Assembly: GCA_946624065.1 (NCBI GenBank)
Contig: CAMORT010000003.1
Coordinates: forward strand, 3,593-67,592
DNA from: an uncultured Bacteroidales bacterium
GTDB taxonomy: Bacteria; Bacteroidota; Bacteroidia; Bacteroidales; WCHB1-69
Length of the DNA stretch: 64,000 bases
Direction of reading: 5' to 3'
Below are positions 28,221 to 37,346 of the stretch, in pieces. The notes beneath the pieces were generated by a model. That model was not told where the DNA came from. It saw only the letters and a list, made by a program, of their open reading frames with translations, and did not search any database. How positions within the stretch are numbered: the stretch's first letter is position 1; every line of letters begins with the position of its first letter. The position numbers and the translations under genes were made by a program.

Positions 28221-30242
28221 TTAGAAAGGCACATTGTCAAATAATGACCTCATCTTTTCTCTCTCATTATAAATTTCATAGATCGCATTATCAGCCATAC
28301 TTTCACCAAGTTTGGAAGCTCTTTCATAATACTTTATCGCCTCATTGTCATCTTTCTCAACCACAATTCCATTGTGATAATATTCTCCAATCATAAAAAT
28401 CGCCTTCGCATAATCATCCTTGGCCGCTTGTTGGAAATATCCCAAAGCCGCTGACTTGTCTTCTGTAACTCCTTTGCCATTATAAAGACAATATCCGAGC
28501 ATAAAAATTGCAGGAACATAATTCCCGGATGCTGCCATCTTAAACCATCTTACAGCCTCTTCCTCATTCTCTTCCACTGCATATCCGTTAAAATAATGAT
28601 ACCCTATCATACATTTGGCGCCCACATGACCTGCCGCTGCCGCTTTCTGAAAACATTGAAAAGCCCATTTTTTATTTACTTTGGTCCCATCACCGTAATA
28701 GTAGCAACAGCCTGATGAGAACAATCCACTTAAATGGTTTTTTGACGCAGAAACTCTGAACCATTTTGCTGCCTCCTTCATGTTTTTCCTTACACCCTCG
28801 CCATATTCGTACATTAACCCCACTTGGAATTGAGCCTCCTCATTTCCAAGAGTAGCAGCCGAATAATACCACTTATACGCTTCCTGCCGATCTTCTGTCA
28901 TCCCATTTTTACCATCACAATAACTGTCTGCAAGAAAGCATTGGGCATCGGTATCTCCCATCTTCGCTGCCTTGCGATATGCGGCAACGATCTCTTCTGT
29001 AGGAGCATGGAGTTCCTCAAGACAATAAGCGATAAATACTTGAGCAGTAGCATCGCCTTTTGCAGCCGATTTTTCAAATAGTTGCATTGCCTTTGAATAG
29101 TCTAAGGGAGAACCTTCTCCTCTGAAATAACTTAGCCCGAGATTGAAATGAGCGTGACGATGTCCTTGTTCGACTGCCTTAATAAACCACTTGTTTCCCT
29201 CAACGATGTCTTTTTCAACGCCCTGTCCGTAAAAATAACTGTTCCCCAAATCGCATTGACACTTGGCATCCCCTTTTTCGGCAGCTTCCTTTATCCAACT
29301 GATAGGGCGGTCCTGAATCATATATTCTTCTCCCATGAAACCATTGCACCACCAATTCGTAGAGACATTCCACGAAATGCAATTCAATGCACCACCCTTC
29401 CGAACAGCCTCCAACGCAGGTATGCCGACAACACTACATTTTGGCATCGCAGCTGAAATTTGTTCCAGAGCCTGTTCATCCTCTGGTATTCCTAACTGAG
29501 GGACTAAAACCAATGAACCAATCTGGAGAAAGTTGATGTATGCCCAACTACGTTTATGCTTGCGTTTCACATTGTACTCCAACGGAATAACTTCCACATA
29601 TTCATCCAATGCCTTGATATACTTTCGCGCCATTGATGCATCGAAATCAGCATAGTTGGTCATAAGGACACGATTGTTGCCAACATAATGAACAATGCCA
29701 TCGCTGTGACCCAACATCTCTTGCTTATCCCAAGGTAAGAATACAATACCGCATTGGAAAGCTTCTTCAAGCATACGGATAACTTTCACCTGAGATTTGT
29801 CTTTATTCTCAAAGAACACCTTCTCCGTCATTATTATTTTGTCATCGCATTTTACAATATTCCCCCCATCAATCACCAGATCCAGATTCGCAATTTCTCC
29901 TTCGTGCAGACAATCAATATTCCCCACCTTATTGACATCGGTGATAGTTCTCCGGAGATGTGGTTTTTGAAGATAGTCGGGATTATACTTGTAAAAGACA
30001 AAATGGTTCCAATCAGTCTGAATAGGCATATAATCACGACACCAGATGTCTCTTGTATTTGTCAAAAGCCTATGGTCTATACATTTCTCATGTAGAATTT
30101 TATGCAAGCTTTCATACAATATCGGACACTCTTTTGGGAGCCAATCCGAGAAAAAGACCGTGTCAGTCATTCTGTCTACTCCGTGACAGCCGTGATAGAC
30201 ACCATATAAGGTGTTACCGTTTTTGATATTGCCATTAGCCAT
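28221..30242 (-). CDS. pentein-superfamily (agmatine deiminase / PAD-like) enzyme fused to about 10 Sel1-like repeats; 673 aa, no signal peptide
   Basis: Motifs in canonical order: DIWCRDYMP, VIDGGNIVKCDDKIIMTEK, MLGHSDGIVHYV, KGGALNCISWN (Cys288). Sel1 repeats span about aa 305-660 (e.g. AAEKGDAKCQCDLGNSYFYGQGVEKD). Confidence 0.7.
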   Translation of the reverse strand: MANGNIKNGNTLYGVYHGCHGVDRMTDTVFFSDWLPKECPILYESLHKILHEKCIDHRLLTNTRDIWCRDYMPIQTDWNHFVFYKYNPDYLQKPHLRRTITDVNKVGNIDCLHEGEIANLDLVIDGGNIVKCDDKIIMTEKVFFENKDKSQVKVIRMLEEAFQCGIVFLPWDKQEMLGHSDGIVHYVGNNRVLMTNYADFDASMARKYIKALDEYVEVIPLEYNVKRKHKRSWAYINFLQIGSLVLVPQLGIPEDEQALEQISAAMPKCSVVGIPALEAVRKGGALNCISWNVSTNWWCNGFMGEEYMIQDRPISWIKEAAEKGDAKCQCDLGNSYFYGQGVEKDIVEGNKWFIKAVEQGHRHAHFNLGLSYFRGEGSPLDYSKAMQLFEKSAAKGDATAQVFIAYCLEELHAPTEEIVAAYRKAAKMGDTDAQCFLADSYCDGKNGMTEDRQEAYKWYYSAATLGNEEAQFQVGLMYEYGEGVRKNMKEAAKWFRVSASKNHLSGLFSSGCCYYYGDGTKVNKKWAFQCFQKAAAAGHVGAKCMIGYHYFNGYAVEENEEEAVRWFKMAASGNYVPAIFMLGYCLYNGKGVTEDKSAALGYFQQAAKDDYAKAIFMIGEYYHNGIVVEKDDNEAIKYYERASKLGESMADNAIYEIYNEREKMRSLFDNVPF

Positions 30243-30243
30243 A

Positions 30244-30999
30244 CTAATTCCATTTTTCAGTTATACCGCTTCTAACAAATCTCCATTGTCTTGGGTCCTG
30301 TCTATAATAATGATTCTTATCTACCTTAATATATTTGTCCTGATTGGCTATGTAATCCGCTTCGCTAATTATTCTTTCCCCATTCCAAACCCTATTATCT
30401 TTTTTATCCGGTTGTAAATATACTGCAACATTTTTTCGTGTAAGAGGGGCCCCTAATGTGAAGTCATTCCCTTTATGTTGTACCCATTCAATAGTAGTCC
30501 TTTTGGCTGAATCAAATGAAATACCATAGGGAAACATATCATCGTATATATGAGTTGAATGCGCATCAAAAATAGAATCCGTTTTCAGTTCGCTTTCCTT
30601 TTTTAGCACACGGTAAGAACGAATGAGGAAAGATGCTCGATACCTTTCATCTTCATTTTCAAAAGTCACATCAATTCCAGATTGATGAAAATTGAAACTT
30701 CCCAAATCAAAATATGGGAACTTTCCATTATCATAACAGAACAAAGAATGCGATCTCTTGGCATTCGTATGATACATAATGTAATCCTTTATGGAACCTT
30801 CCTCTTCGTGATAGTATAATTCTATCGACCCCAAATCAATGATGAATTGACCATTGACGAGAAAAAATCCTTCACATAGAATTTTTCGCGCGTATGGCTC
30901 AAAACATTCAGCCACCTTATTCTCATTCCAGTCGGGACTTTTACTCATTGCATTTCTTTGTTTCCCAAATTCTTCGAGAATCGTAATCAAATCTTTCAT
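30244..30999 (-). CDS. 251-aa protein of unknown function, spaced 1 nt from the pentein-Sel1 gene
   Basis: Its TAG stop at 30244-30246 is 1 nt from the downstream ATG at 30242. No signal peptide. There is only a weak motif-level resemblance to AAG/MPG-type glycosylases (see findings). Confidence 0.6.
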   Translation of the reverse strand: MKDLITILEEFGKQRNAMSKSPDWNENKVAECFEPYARKILCEGFFLVNGQFIIDLGSIELYYHEEEGSIKDYIMYHTNAKRSHSLFCYDNGKFPYFDLGSFNFHQSGIDVTFENEDERYRASFLIRSYRVLKKESELKTDSIFDAHSTHIYDDMFPYGISFDSAKRTTIEWVQHKGNDFTLGAPLTRKNVAVYLQPDKKDNRVWNGERIISEADYIANQDKYIKVDKNHYYRQDPRQWRFVRSGITEKWN

Positions 31000-31032
31000 A
31001 ATAATGTTGTTTTAGTTATTTAATTCCAAGTG

Positions 31033-31040
31033 CAAAGGTA
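31033..31040 (-). promoter_or_regulatory. -7 promoter box TAccTTTG (minus strand) for the two-gene module
   Basis: The reverse complement of CAAAGGTA; 34 nt upstream of the ATG at 30999. Confidence 0.5.
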
Positions 31041-31297
31041 TATCGAAAGGTAGGTTTGAAAAAATCTTTTCTGTTAAAAGTTGTTAAAGTTTTCCAAAAA
31101 GTTATTTATTATTCTATTATATTTAAAAACAAATCATTATCTATTTTATTATTAACAGAATAGAAATGCTTAAAGTTGGTCATAATTTGGTCATGTTTTA
31201 GAAGTTTTGTTGGTCGTAGTAGTCATTTTTAAGAATAATATAAACTGTCAAAATTCACAATGTCAATTAAGAAGAAACAACAAGAACTTCTCTCATG

Positions 31298-31318
31298 AGT
31301 CCTGTTCCGGGCACTGAA
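31298..31318 (+). repeat. attR-like copy of the 21-bp direct repeat (AGTCCTGTTCCGGGCACTGAA)
   Basis: Identical to 26566-26586. No tRNA body precedes it. Confidence 0.85.
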
Positions 31319-31320
31319 AA

Positions 31321-31359
31321 AAAGGTAGGGATGAATGATCATTCGCCCCTACCTTTTTT
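31321..31359 (+). terminator. hairpin plus T run immediately after the attR copy (probably the original tRNA-Leu terminator)
   Basis: AGGTAGGG / CCCTACCT stem with an inner GAATGA/TCATTC pairing, an A run before it and TTTTTT after it. Confidence 0.65.
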
Positions 31360-31360
31360 G

Positions 31361-31368
31361 TATCTTTG
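31361..31368 (+). promoter_or_regulatory. -7 promoter box TAtcTTTG for rsmI
   Basis: TAnnTTTG, 20 nt upstream of the ATG at 31388. Confidence 0.55.
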
Positions 31369-31387
31369 CGCTTCAAATGCGATTATA

Positions 31388-32065
31388 ATGAAACTCTTTA
31401 TCGTCCCAACCCCTATCGGCAATCTGGAGGATATAACTCTTCGGGCGCTCAATGTGTTGCGCTCCGTGGATCTGATTCTCTGCGAGGATACCCGCACCAC
31501 CCGCAAGCTGCTCCAACACTACGAGATTGACAAACGCTGTATGGCGTACCATATCTTCAATGAGCATGAGCAGATGAACCGCTTCTTGGGTGAGATAAAA
31601 GCCCATGAGCAAGTGGCGCTGGTGAGCGACGCCGGCACTCCCGGCATCTCCGACCCCGGATTCCTACTCGTGCGCGAGTGCGTGGCCAACGGCATCGAGG
31701 TGGAATGTCTGCCCGGCGCCACCGCCTTTGTGCCCGCCTTGGTGCAGTCGGGACTCCCCTGCAGCAGTTTCTACTTCTATGGCTTCCTGCCTCACAAGAA
31801 AGGCAAGGAAACGCTGCTGAAACGCGTGGCCCAGATGGAGGAGACCGTCGTCTTCTACGAATCCCCCCACCGCCTGCTCAAATCACTGGAAAAAATGGTT
31901 GAGATAATGGGACCGGACCGCAAGATTTCCATATCCAAAGAAATCTCCAAAATTTACGCGCACACGTTCCGCGGTACCCTCGCTGAGGCAGTCGAACATT
32001 TCGCCCAAGACGAAGTGAAAGGGGAATTTGTAATGGTAATTGCACCGAAGGACGCACGAGGGTAG
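31388..32065 (+). CDS. rsmI: 16S rRNA (cytidine1402-2'-O)-methyltransferase
   Basis: MKLFIVPTPIGNLEDITLRALNVLRSVDLILCEDTR is the RsmI N-terminus. The track ORF start at 31295 runs through the att repeat, terminator and promoter, so it is rejected. Confidence 0.88.
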   Translation: MKLFIVPTPIGNLEDITLRALNVLRSVDLILCEDTRTTRKLLQHYEIDKRCMAYHIFNEHEQMNRFLGEIKAHEQVALVSDAGTPGISDPGFLLVRECVANGIEVECLPGATAFVPALVQSGLPCSSFYFYGFLPHKKGKETLLKRVAQMEETVVFYESPHRLLKSLEKMVEIMGPDRKISISKEISKIYAHTFRGTLAEAVEHFAQDEVKGEFVMVIAPKDARG

Positions 32066-32084
32066 GCACTGCGATTTGCCTAAG

Positions 32085-32162
32085 GTCCCACGTCCCACAT
32101 TCCACGTCTAACGTCCACGTCCCACGTCTCACGTCTAACGTCCAACATCCCACGTCAGTCAC
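32085..32162 (+). repeat. 11 tandem degenerate heptamers (GTCCCAC / GTCTAAC / GTCTCAC)
   Basis: Parsed by hand. One unit is 6 nt. It lies between the rsmI stop and the eno promoter. Confidence 0.9.
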
Positions 32163-32200
32163 TGTTCATGAATTACAGATCGCTATTCCCTAAAAAAATG

Positions 32201-32208
32201 TATCTTTG
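32201..32208 (+). promoter_or_regulatory. -7 promoter box TAtcTTTG for eno
   Basis: TAnnTTTG, 23 nt upstream of the ATG at 32231. Confidence 0.55.
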
Positions 32209-32218
32209 CACGTTTTAA

Positions 32219-33520
<1,302 letters not shown>

Positions 33521-33544
33521 TATTTTCGCGGTTATTCGTTAATT

Positions 33545-33579
33545 ATTTTGTAGAGACACAATTTGTGTCTCTACAAAAT
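33545..33579. terminator. perfect 16-bp inverted repeat (ATTTTGTAGAGACACA att TGTGTCTCTACAAAAT) between eno and the response-regulator gene
   Basis: Checked base by base. The loop is 3 nt. It is AT-rich with weak flanking T/A runs, so it may be a terminator, an operator, or both. Confidence 0.55.
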
Positions 33580-33613
33580 TACAAAAAACATATTCACCAA
33601 TTTTACCAATCCT

Positions 33614-34294
33614 ATGGAACCTGTAAAAATTCTTTTTGCTGAAGACGATGTCAATCTGGGCAAGGTGCTTACCACATATCTTACCGGAAAGGGCTATCAC
33701 ATTGATCATGCCACCAACGGCGAGATTGCCTACGAAATGTTCTGCAAGGGTGATTTCGATATCTGCATCATCGATGTGATGATGCCGCTTATGGACGGTT
33801 TCACGCTGGCGCAGGAGATTCGGAAACTGGACAAGAAAATTCCGATTATCTTCTTGACAGCCAAGAATTTGCAAGAGGATATGATTAAAGGCCTCTCCAT
33901 TGGCGGTGACGATTATATCACAAAACCCTTCTCCATTGATGTGCTCTTAGCCCGTATTCAGGCGCTTTTGCGCCGGACTACGCAGCAGGAACCGGAAGAT
34001 GAAGTGGTGCAGTTGGGCAGTATTGTGTTTGACAAGAAACGCCAGACGCTCACTATCCAAGGCGAGGAGAAGAAAATCACCACCCGTGAGGTGGAACTGC
34101 TGCAGATGCTGCTCGACAAGAAAAACGATGTGCTGGAGCGCGGTTATGCCCTCAAGAAGATTTGGGGTGACGACAGCTATTACAACGCCCGCAATATGGA
34201 TGTGTATATCACAAAGTTGCGCAAATACTTCAAGAGCGAGCCGAGTATCCAAATCATCAATGTGCATGGCATCGGCTTCAAATTTGTGATGTAG
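33614..34294 (+). CDS. OmpR-family response regulator (receiver + winged-helix)
   Basis: VKILFAEDDVNLGKVL...DICIIDVMMPLMDGF...LTAK, with a C-terminal Trans_reg_C pattern (VHGIGFKF). The track start at 33563 lies inside the hairpin. Confidence 0.9.
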   Translation: MEPVKILFAEDDVNLGKVLTTYLTGKGYHIDHATNGEIAYEMFCKGDFDICIIDVMMPLMDGFTLAQEIRKLDKKIPIIFLTAKNLQEDMIKGLSIGGDDYITKPFSIDVLLARIQALLRRTTQQEPEDEVVQLGSIVFDKKRQTLTIQGEEKKITTREVELLQMLLDKKNDVLERGYALKKIWGDDSYYNARNMDVYITKLRKYFKSEPSIQIINVHGIGFKFVM

Positions 34295-34296
34295 TC

Positions 34297-35841
34297 TTAT
34301 TTGGTGCTTTTCAAAGGCAGATAAACCACAAAGGTGCTGCCTTTGCCTTCTTCACTTTGAACTTCAATATGGCCGTGGTGCAGGGAAATGATCTTCTTGA
34401 CATACCCTAATCCAAGGCCATATCCTTTTACATTGTGCACATTGCCTTTGGGCACGCGGTAAAAATTCTCAAAAATGCTGGCAAGGGCTTTCTTGGGGAT
34501 TCCGATGCCTTTGTCCGTGACCGAGAGCATGAAGTTTTTCTTGTCGGACTGGGTGTTGATAAGAATTTCTGGTTTGTCAGTGGAATATTTAATGCCGTTT
34601 TCCACCAGGTTGATGATGACATTCTCCAGATGATGGCGGTCGCCGAAAATCTTGTAGGTGTCGGCGTTGAGGGCCAGATTCAAACTGCCGTTGGTGGAAC
34701 TGATTTGCAGAGCGACACTGTCTGTGACCTTATGAATGAGTTCGTGCATATCCAACAATTCCACATCCATTTTCACTTGTCCCTTTTTCAACTGGGCAAT
34801 CTGCAAGATGTTGTTAACCATGTCTTTAAGGCGGTCGTTCTCATCTTGGATGATTTTGATGTACGCTTCGCGCATAGTGGCGTCGCTATGCAGCGTCGGG
34901 TCCGAGAGTGCCTCACACGCCAGCGAGATGGTGGATATCGGGGTCTTGAACTCGTGCGTCATGTTGTTGACGAACTCATTGGTGACTTCCGACACTTTCT
35001 TTTGACGGTAAAGGGAGTAGAGCGCAACAAAGGATATAGTGAAGCAAATGATTAACAAGCAGATAATTAACCCTACTATGGTGCTCATGCGTTGCAAGAA
35101 AATACCGCGTTCAGTGGGGAAGTAGAGGATGATGTAGTTGGGCGAAGCCACCTTTTCGTTGTATTTCAAACGGAAGACATATTCGCTTTGGAGCATGGTT
35201 TCCTCATCAGTGAACTGAGGCATGATGGCGAAGTCGGTGGTGAAGGCGTTGTATAATGCGAAATCAAAGCGCGCGTCTATATTCTCTTCCGCCAAACATG
35301 CTTTGATGAGTCTGGAAAGATATTCGGGACTAAGCAGTTGCAAGGTGCTGCTGTCAATTTGCACGAGATTGGCGTCGAGGTCGCTGACTACAAAAGAGCT
35401 GGGACTTTTGGCGTTTTTCGGTGACCAAGGGTCATTGTTCAGCGGGAACATTTTCCGGTAGGTGTCGCTGAAATAGGTGGTGTCATTTTCCATCACCCGC
35501 GAGTTGTTCTCTTTCACAAACACCACCGTTTGGATAATGCCGATGGGCTGGAAAGTGACGGTGTCCAACAGAAAGCGTCTAGCGTGCTGAACGGATACAA
35601 CCGCAGTGGTGTCGGGCAATGAGTTGTCCGTGCTGTCAATGGATTCGTTGGATAGTGTGTCATTCTGGATGAGCGCATCAATCTTGTTCACAATCTCATC
35701 TCCGGCGGTAAGCACTTCGTTCACAAAGATGCTGCGCTGCACCTTTTCCGCTTCGGTGTAAAGTTTGAAGATGGAGAGAATAAGTAGTATGGATGTGATG
35801 CCAACTACAAAAAAGAGCGATACAATGATGCGTTTTTTCAT
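34297..35841 (-). CDS. sensor histidine kinase (2 TM, about 230-aa extracytoplasmic domain, HisKA, HATPase_c)
   Basis: H box NMTHEFKTPIS. N and G boxes (NLVENGIKYS, DKGIGIP, GYGLGLGYV). Confidence 0.9.
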   Translation of the reverse strand: MKKRIIVSLFFVVGITSILLILSIFKLYTEAEKVQRSIFVNEVLTAGDEIVNKIDALIQNDTLSNESIDSTDNSLPDTTAVVSVQHARRFLLDTVTFQPIGIIQTVVFVKENNSRVMENDTTYFSDTYRKMFPLNNDPWSPKNAKSPSSFVVSDLDANLVQIDSSTLQLLSPEYLSRLIKACLAEENIDARFDFALYNAFTTDFAIMPQFTDEETMLQSEYVFRLKYNEKVASPNYIILYFPTERGIFLQRMSTIVGLIICLLIICFTISFVALYSLYRQKKVSEVTNEFVNNMTHEFKTPISTISLACEALSDPTLHSDATMREAYIKIIQDENDRLKDMVNNILQIAQLKKGQVKMDVELLDMHELIHKVTDSVALQISSTNGSLNLALNADTYKIFGDRHHLENVIINLVENGIKYSTDKPEILINTQSDKKNFMLSVTDKGIGIPKKALASIFENFYRVPKGNVHNVKGYGLGLGYVKKIISLHHGHIEVQSEEGKGSTFVVYLPLKSTK

Positions 35842-37286
35842 AACTGATCACAGACTTCGCGTACGATTTTGCGGATTTCCGCTTCCGGGAATTGACGGAT
35901 AACGCCATCTTGTTCAAATTGTTCCACGATGGCATGGGTTTCATCGATGTCGTGTTTGGCAATGTCATACACTTCCTGCCAGGTGCGCTGTTTGCGGGCA
36001 ACGCCATCCTTTATGGCTTGCATGGCCACATCGGCGGCCACATTGGGGAACAGTTCGCTGTCCATCATGGTGGGCATGATGTGCTCCGAAGTAATGCCTT
36101 GGTTTTCAGCGTATTTTGCAATAGAGTGCGCTGCGCAGATGGCCATGCTGTCGGTGATTTTGCTGGCGGAAACGAGCAGCGTGCCCTTCAGGATGGCAGG
36201 GAAACAAACGGAGTTGTTGACTTGGTTGGGGAAGTCGCCGCGCCCGGTGGCCACGATGTAGGCGCCTGCTTCTTTGGCTTTGTAGGGATAGATTTCCGGC
36301 ACGGGATTAGCGCAAGCGAAAACGATCGCCTTGTCAGCCATCAGCGAGATCCACTCGGGTTTGATGGTGTCTGGACCCGGTTTGGAGAGCGCAATCAGCA
36401 CATCGGCGTCCTTGAAGGCCTCCTCGTGCGTTTCAATGCAGTTGGGGTTGGTCGTTTCGCACAATTCCCATTTGCGGTAGAATCGCTTGTCGTCACGGTA
36501 TTGTGTGCGGTTTTTGTGCAGTGTGCCTTTGGTGTCAAAAATCACGATGTTTTCCGCTTTCACGCCGTCGGTGATCATCAGACGGGCGATGGTGGTGTTT
36601 GCTGCGCCGGCGCCGTAAAGCACCACTTTGATGTCTTCCATCTTCTTGCCCACAATTTTCAAAGCGTTGATGAGTCCGGCCAGTGTCACACAGGCGGTGC
36701 CTTGTGCGTCGTCGTGCCACACGGGAATCACACACTCCTCGCGCAGCGTGTCCAGCACGCGATAGCAGTTGGGCTGTGAGATGTCCTCCAGATTGATGGC
36801 GCCGAAACTGTGTTGCACCATCTTCACAAACTCAATCAGTTTGTCGGCCTGATGCTCGCCATTTTCGTCACGGCTGTCGATGCACAAAGGGACGGAGTCA
36901 ACGCCACCCAAATATTTCATCAGCATGGCTTTGCCTTCCATGACACCCAGTCCGCCGGGAGGGGTGCAGTCGCCGTCGCCCAGCACGCGCGTGCTGTCGC
37001 TCACCACGGCCACCAAGTTGGAGCGGTTGCTGAGGTAGAACGAACGGTCGTTGTTGTCACGAATGGTCGTGGATACGGCGGAAACGCCCGGGGTGTACCA
37101 CACATTAAACCAGTTGAACCCGTAGATGGGCGCTTTGGGCAAAGTTTGCATTTTTCCACCATAATACTCGTGTGCCGCAATGGACATCTTCTTGTAAAAC
37201 AGTGTTTTGGCTTTGGCTTTCTGCTCTTCCGTGAAATCTGCAGGGAAGAGTTTTTCAATATTGTCTAAGGAAAGAATATCGGTCAT
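35838..37286 (-). CDS. NAD(P)-dependent malic enzyme
   Basis: VVSDSTRVLGDGDCTPPGGLGVMEGKAMLMKYLGGVD and VLYGAGAANTTIARL motifs. Its stop overlaps the kinase ATG (ATGA). Confidence 0.9.
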   Translation of the reverse strand: MTDILSLDNIEKLFPADFTEEQKAKAKTLFYKKMSIAAHEYYGGKMQTLPKAPIYGFNWFNVWYTPGVSAVSTTIRDNNDRSFYLSNRSNLVAVVSDSTRVLGDGDCTPPGGLGVMEGKAMLMKYLGGVDSVPLCIDSRDENGEHQADKLIEFVKMVQHSFGAINLEDISQPNCYRVLDTLREECVIPVWHDDAQGTACVTLAGLINALKIVGKKMEDIKVVLYGAGAANTTIARLMITDGVKAENIVIFDTKGTLHKNRTQYRDDKRFYRKWELCETTNPNCIETHEEAFKDADVLIALSKPGPDTIKPEWISLMADKAIVFACANPVPEIYPYKAKEAGAYIVATGRGDFPNQVNNSVCFPAILKGTLLVSASKITDSMAICAAHSIAKYAENQGITSEHIMPTMMDSELFPNVAADVAMQAIKDGVARKQRTWQEVYDIAKHDIDETHAIVEQFEQDGVIRQFPEAEIRKIVREVCDQL

Positions 37287-37346
37287 ATTGGTGCTTTTAA
37301 TGAATTGGCAAAAGTAAGAAAAAAAGTGCAGGAGTCCATTCCTGTT

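Larger units (their letters stand above)
26587..31297. mobile_element. tRNA-Leu-associated genomic islet (about 4.7 kb) lacking an integrase; carries a YhcG nuclease and an AT-rich two-gene module
   Basis: It is flanked by the perfect 21-bp direct repeat. The native-looking tRNA terminator is displaced to 31321-31359. Cargo is unrelated to the kdsD / rsmI flanks. Hand counts of single 60-nt lines give about 35 percent GC at 28261 and 30541, versus about 58 percent at 32341. Confidence 0.7.

Noticed and set aside
31027-31040. Shared 14-mer CAAGTGCAAAGGTA, also at 53146-53159
   Set aside because: Both copies are the reverse complement of an extended -7 promoter (TACCTTTGCACTTG), at the right distance from minus-strand ATGs. 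This is most simply explained as promoter consensus rather than a mobile repeat.
31295-31387. N-terminal extension of the rsmI ORF; similar extensions occur at 53128-53268, 61168-61332, 61194-61511, 33563-33613, 41642-41692 and 44297-44368
   Set aside because: These extensions run through att repeats, terminator hairpins, a tRNA gene or TAnnTTTG promoter boxes. In each case an internal ATG gives the canonical family N-terminus or a signal peptide.
35892-37268. 295-aa and 152-aa plus-strand ORFs
   Set aside because: They are antisense to the malic-enzyme gene and have Gly/Val/His-rich shadow-frame composition.
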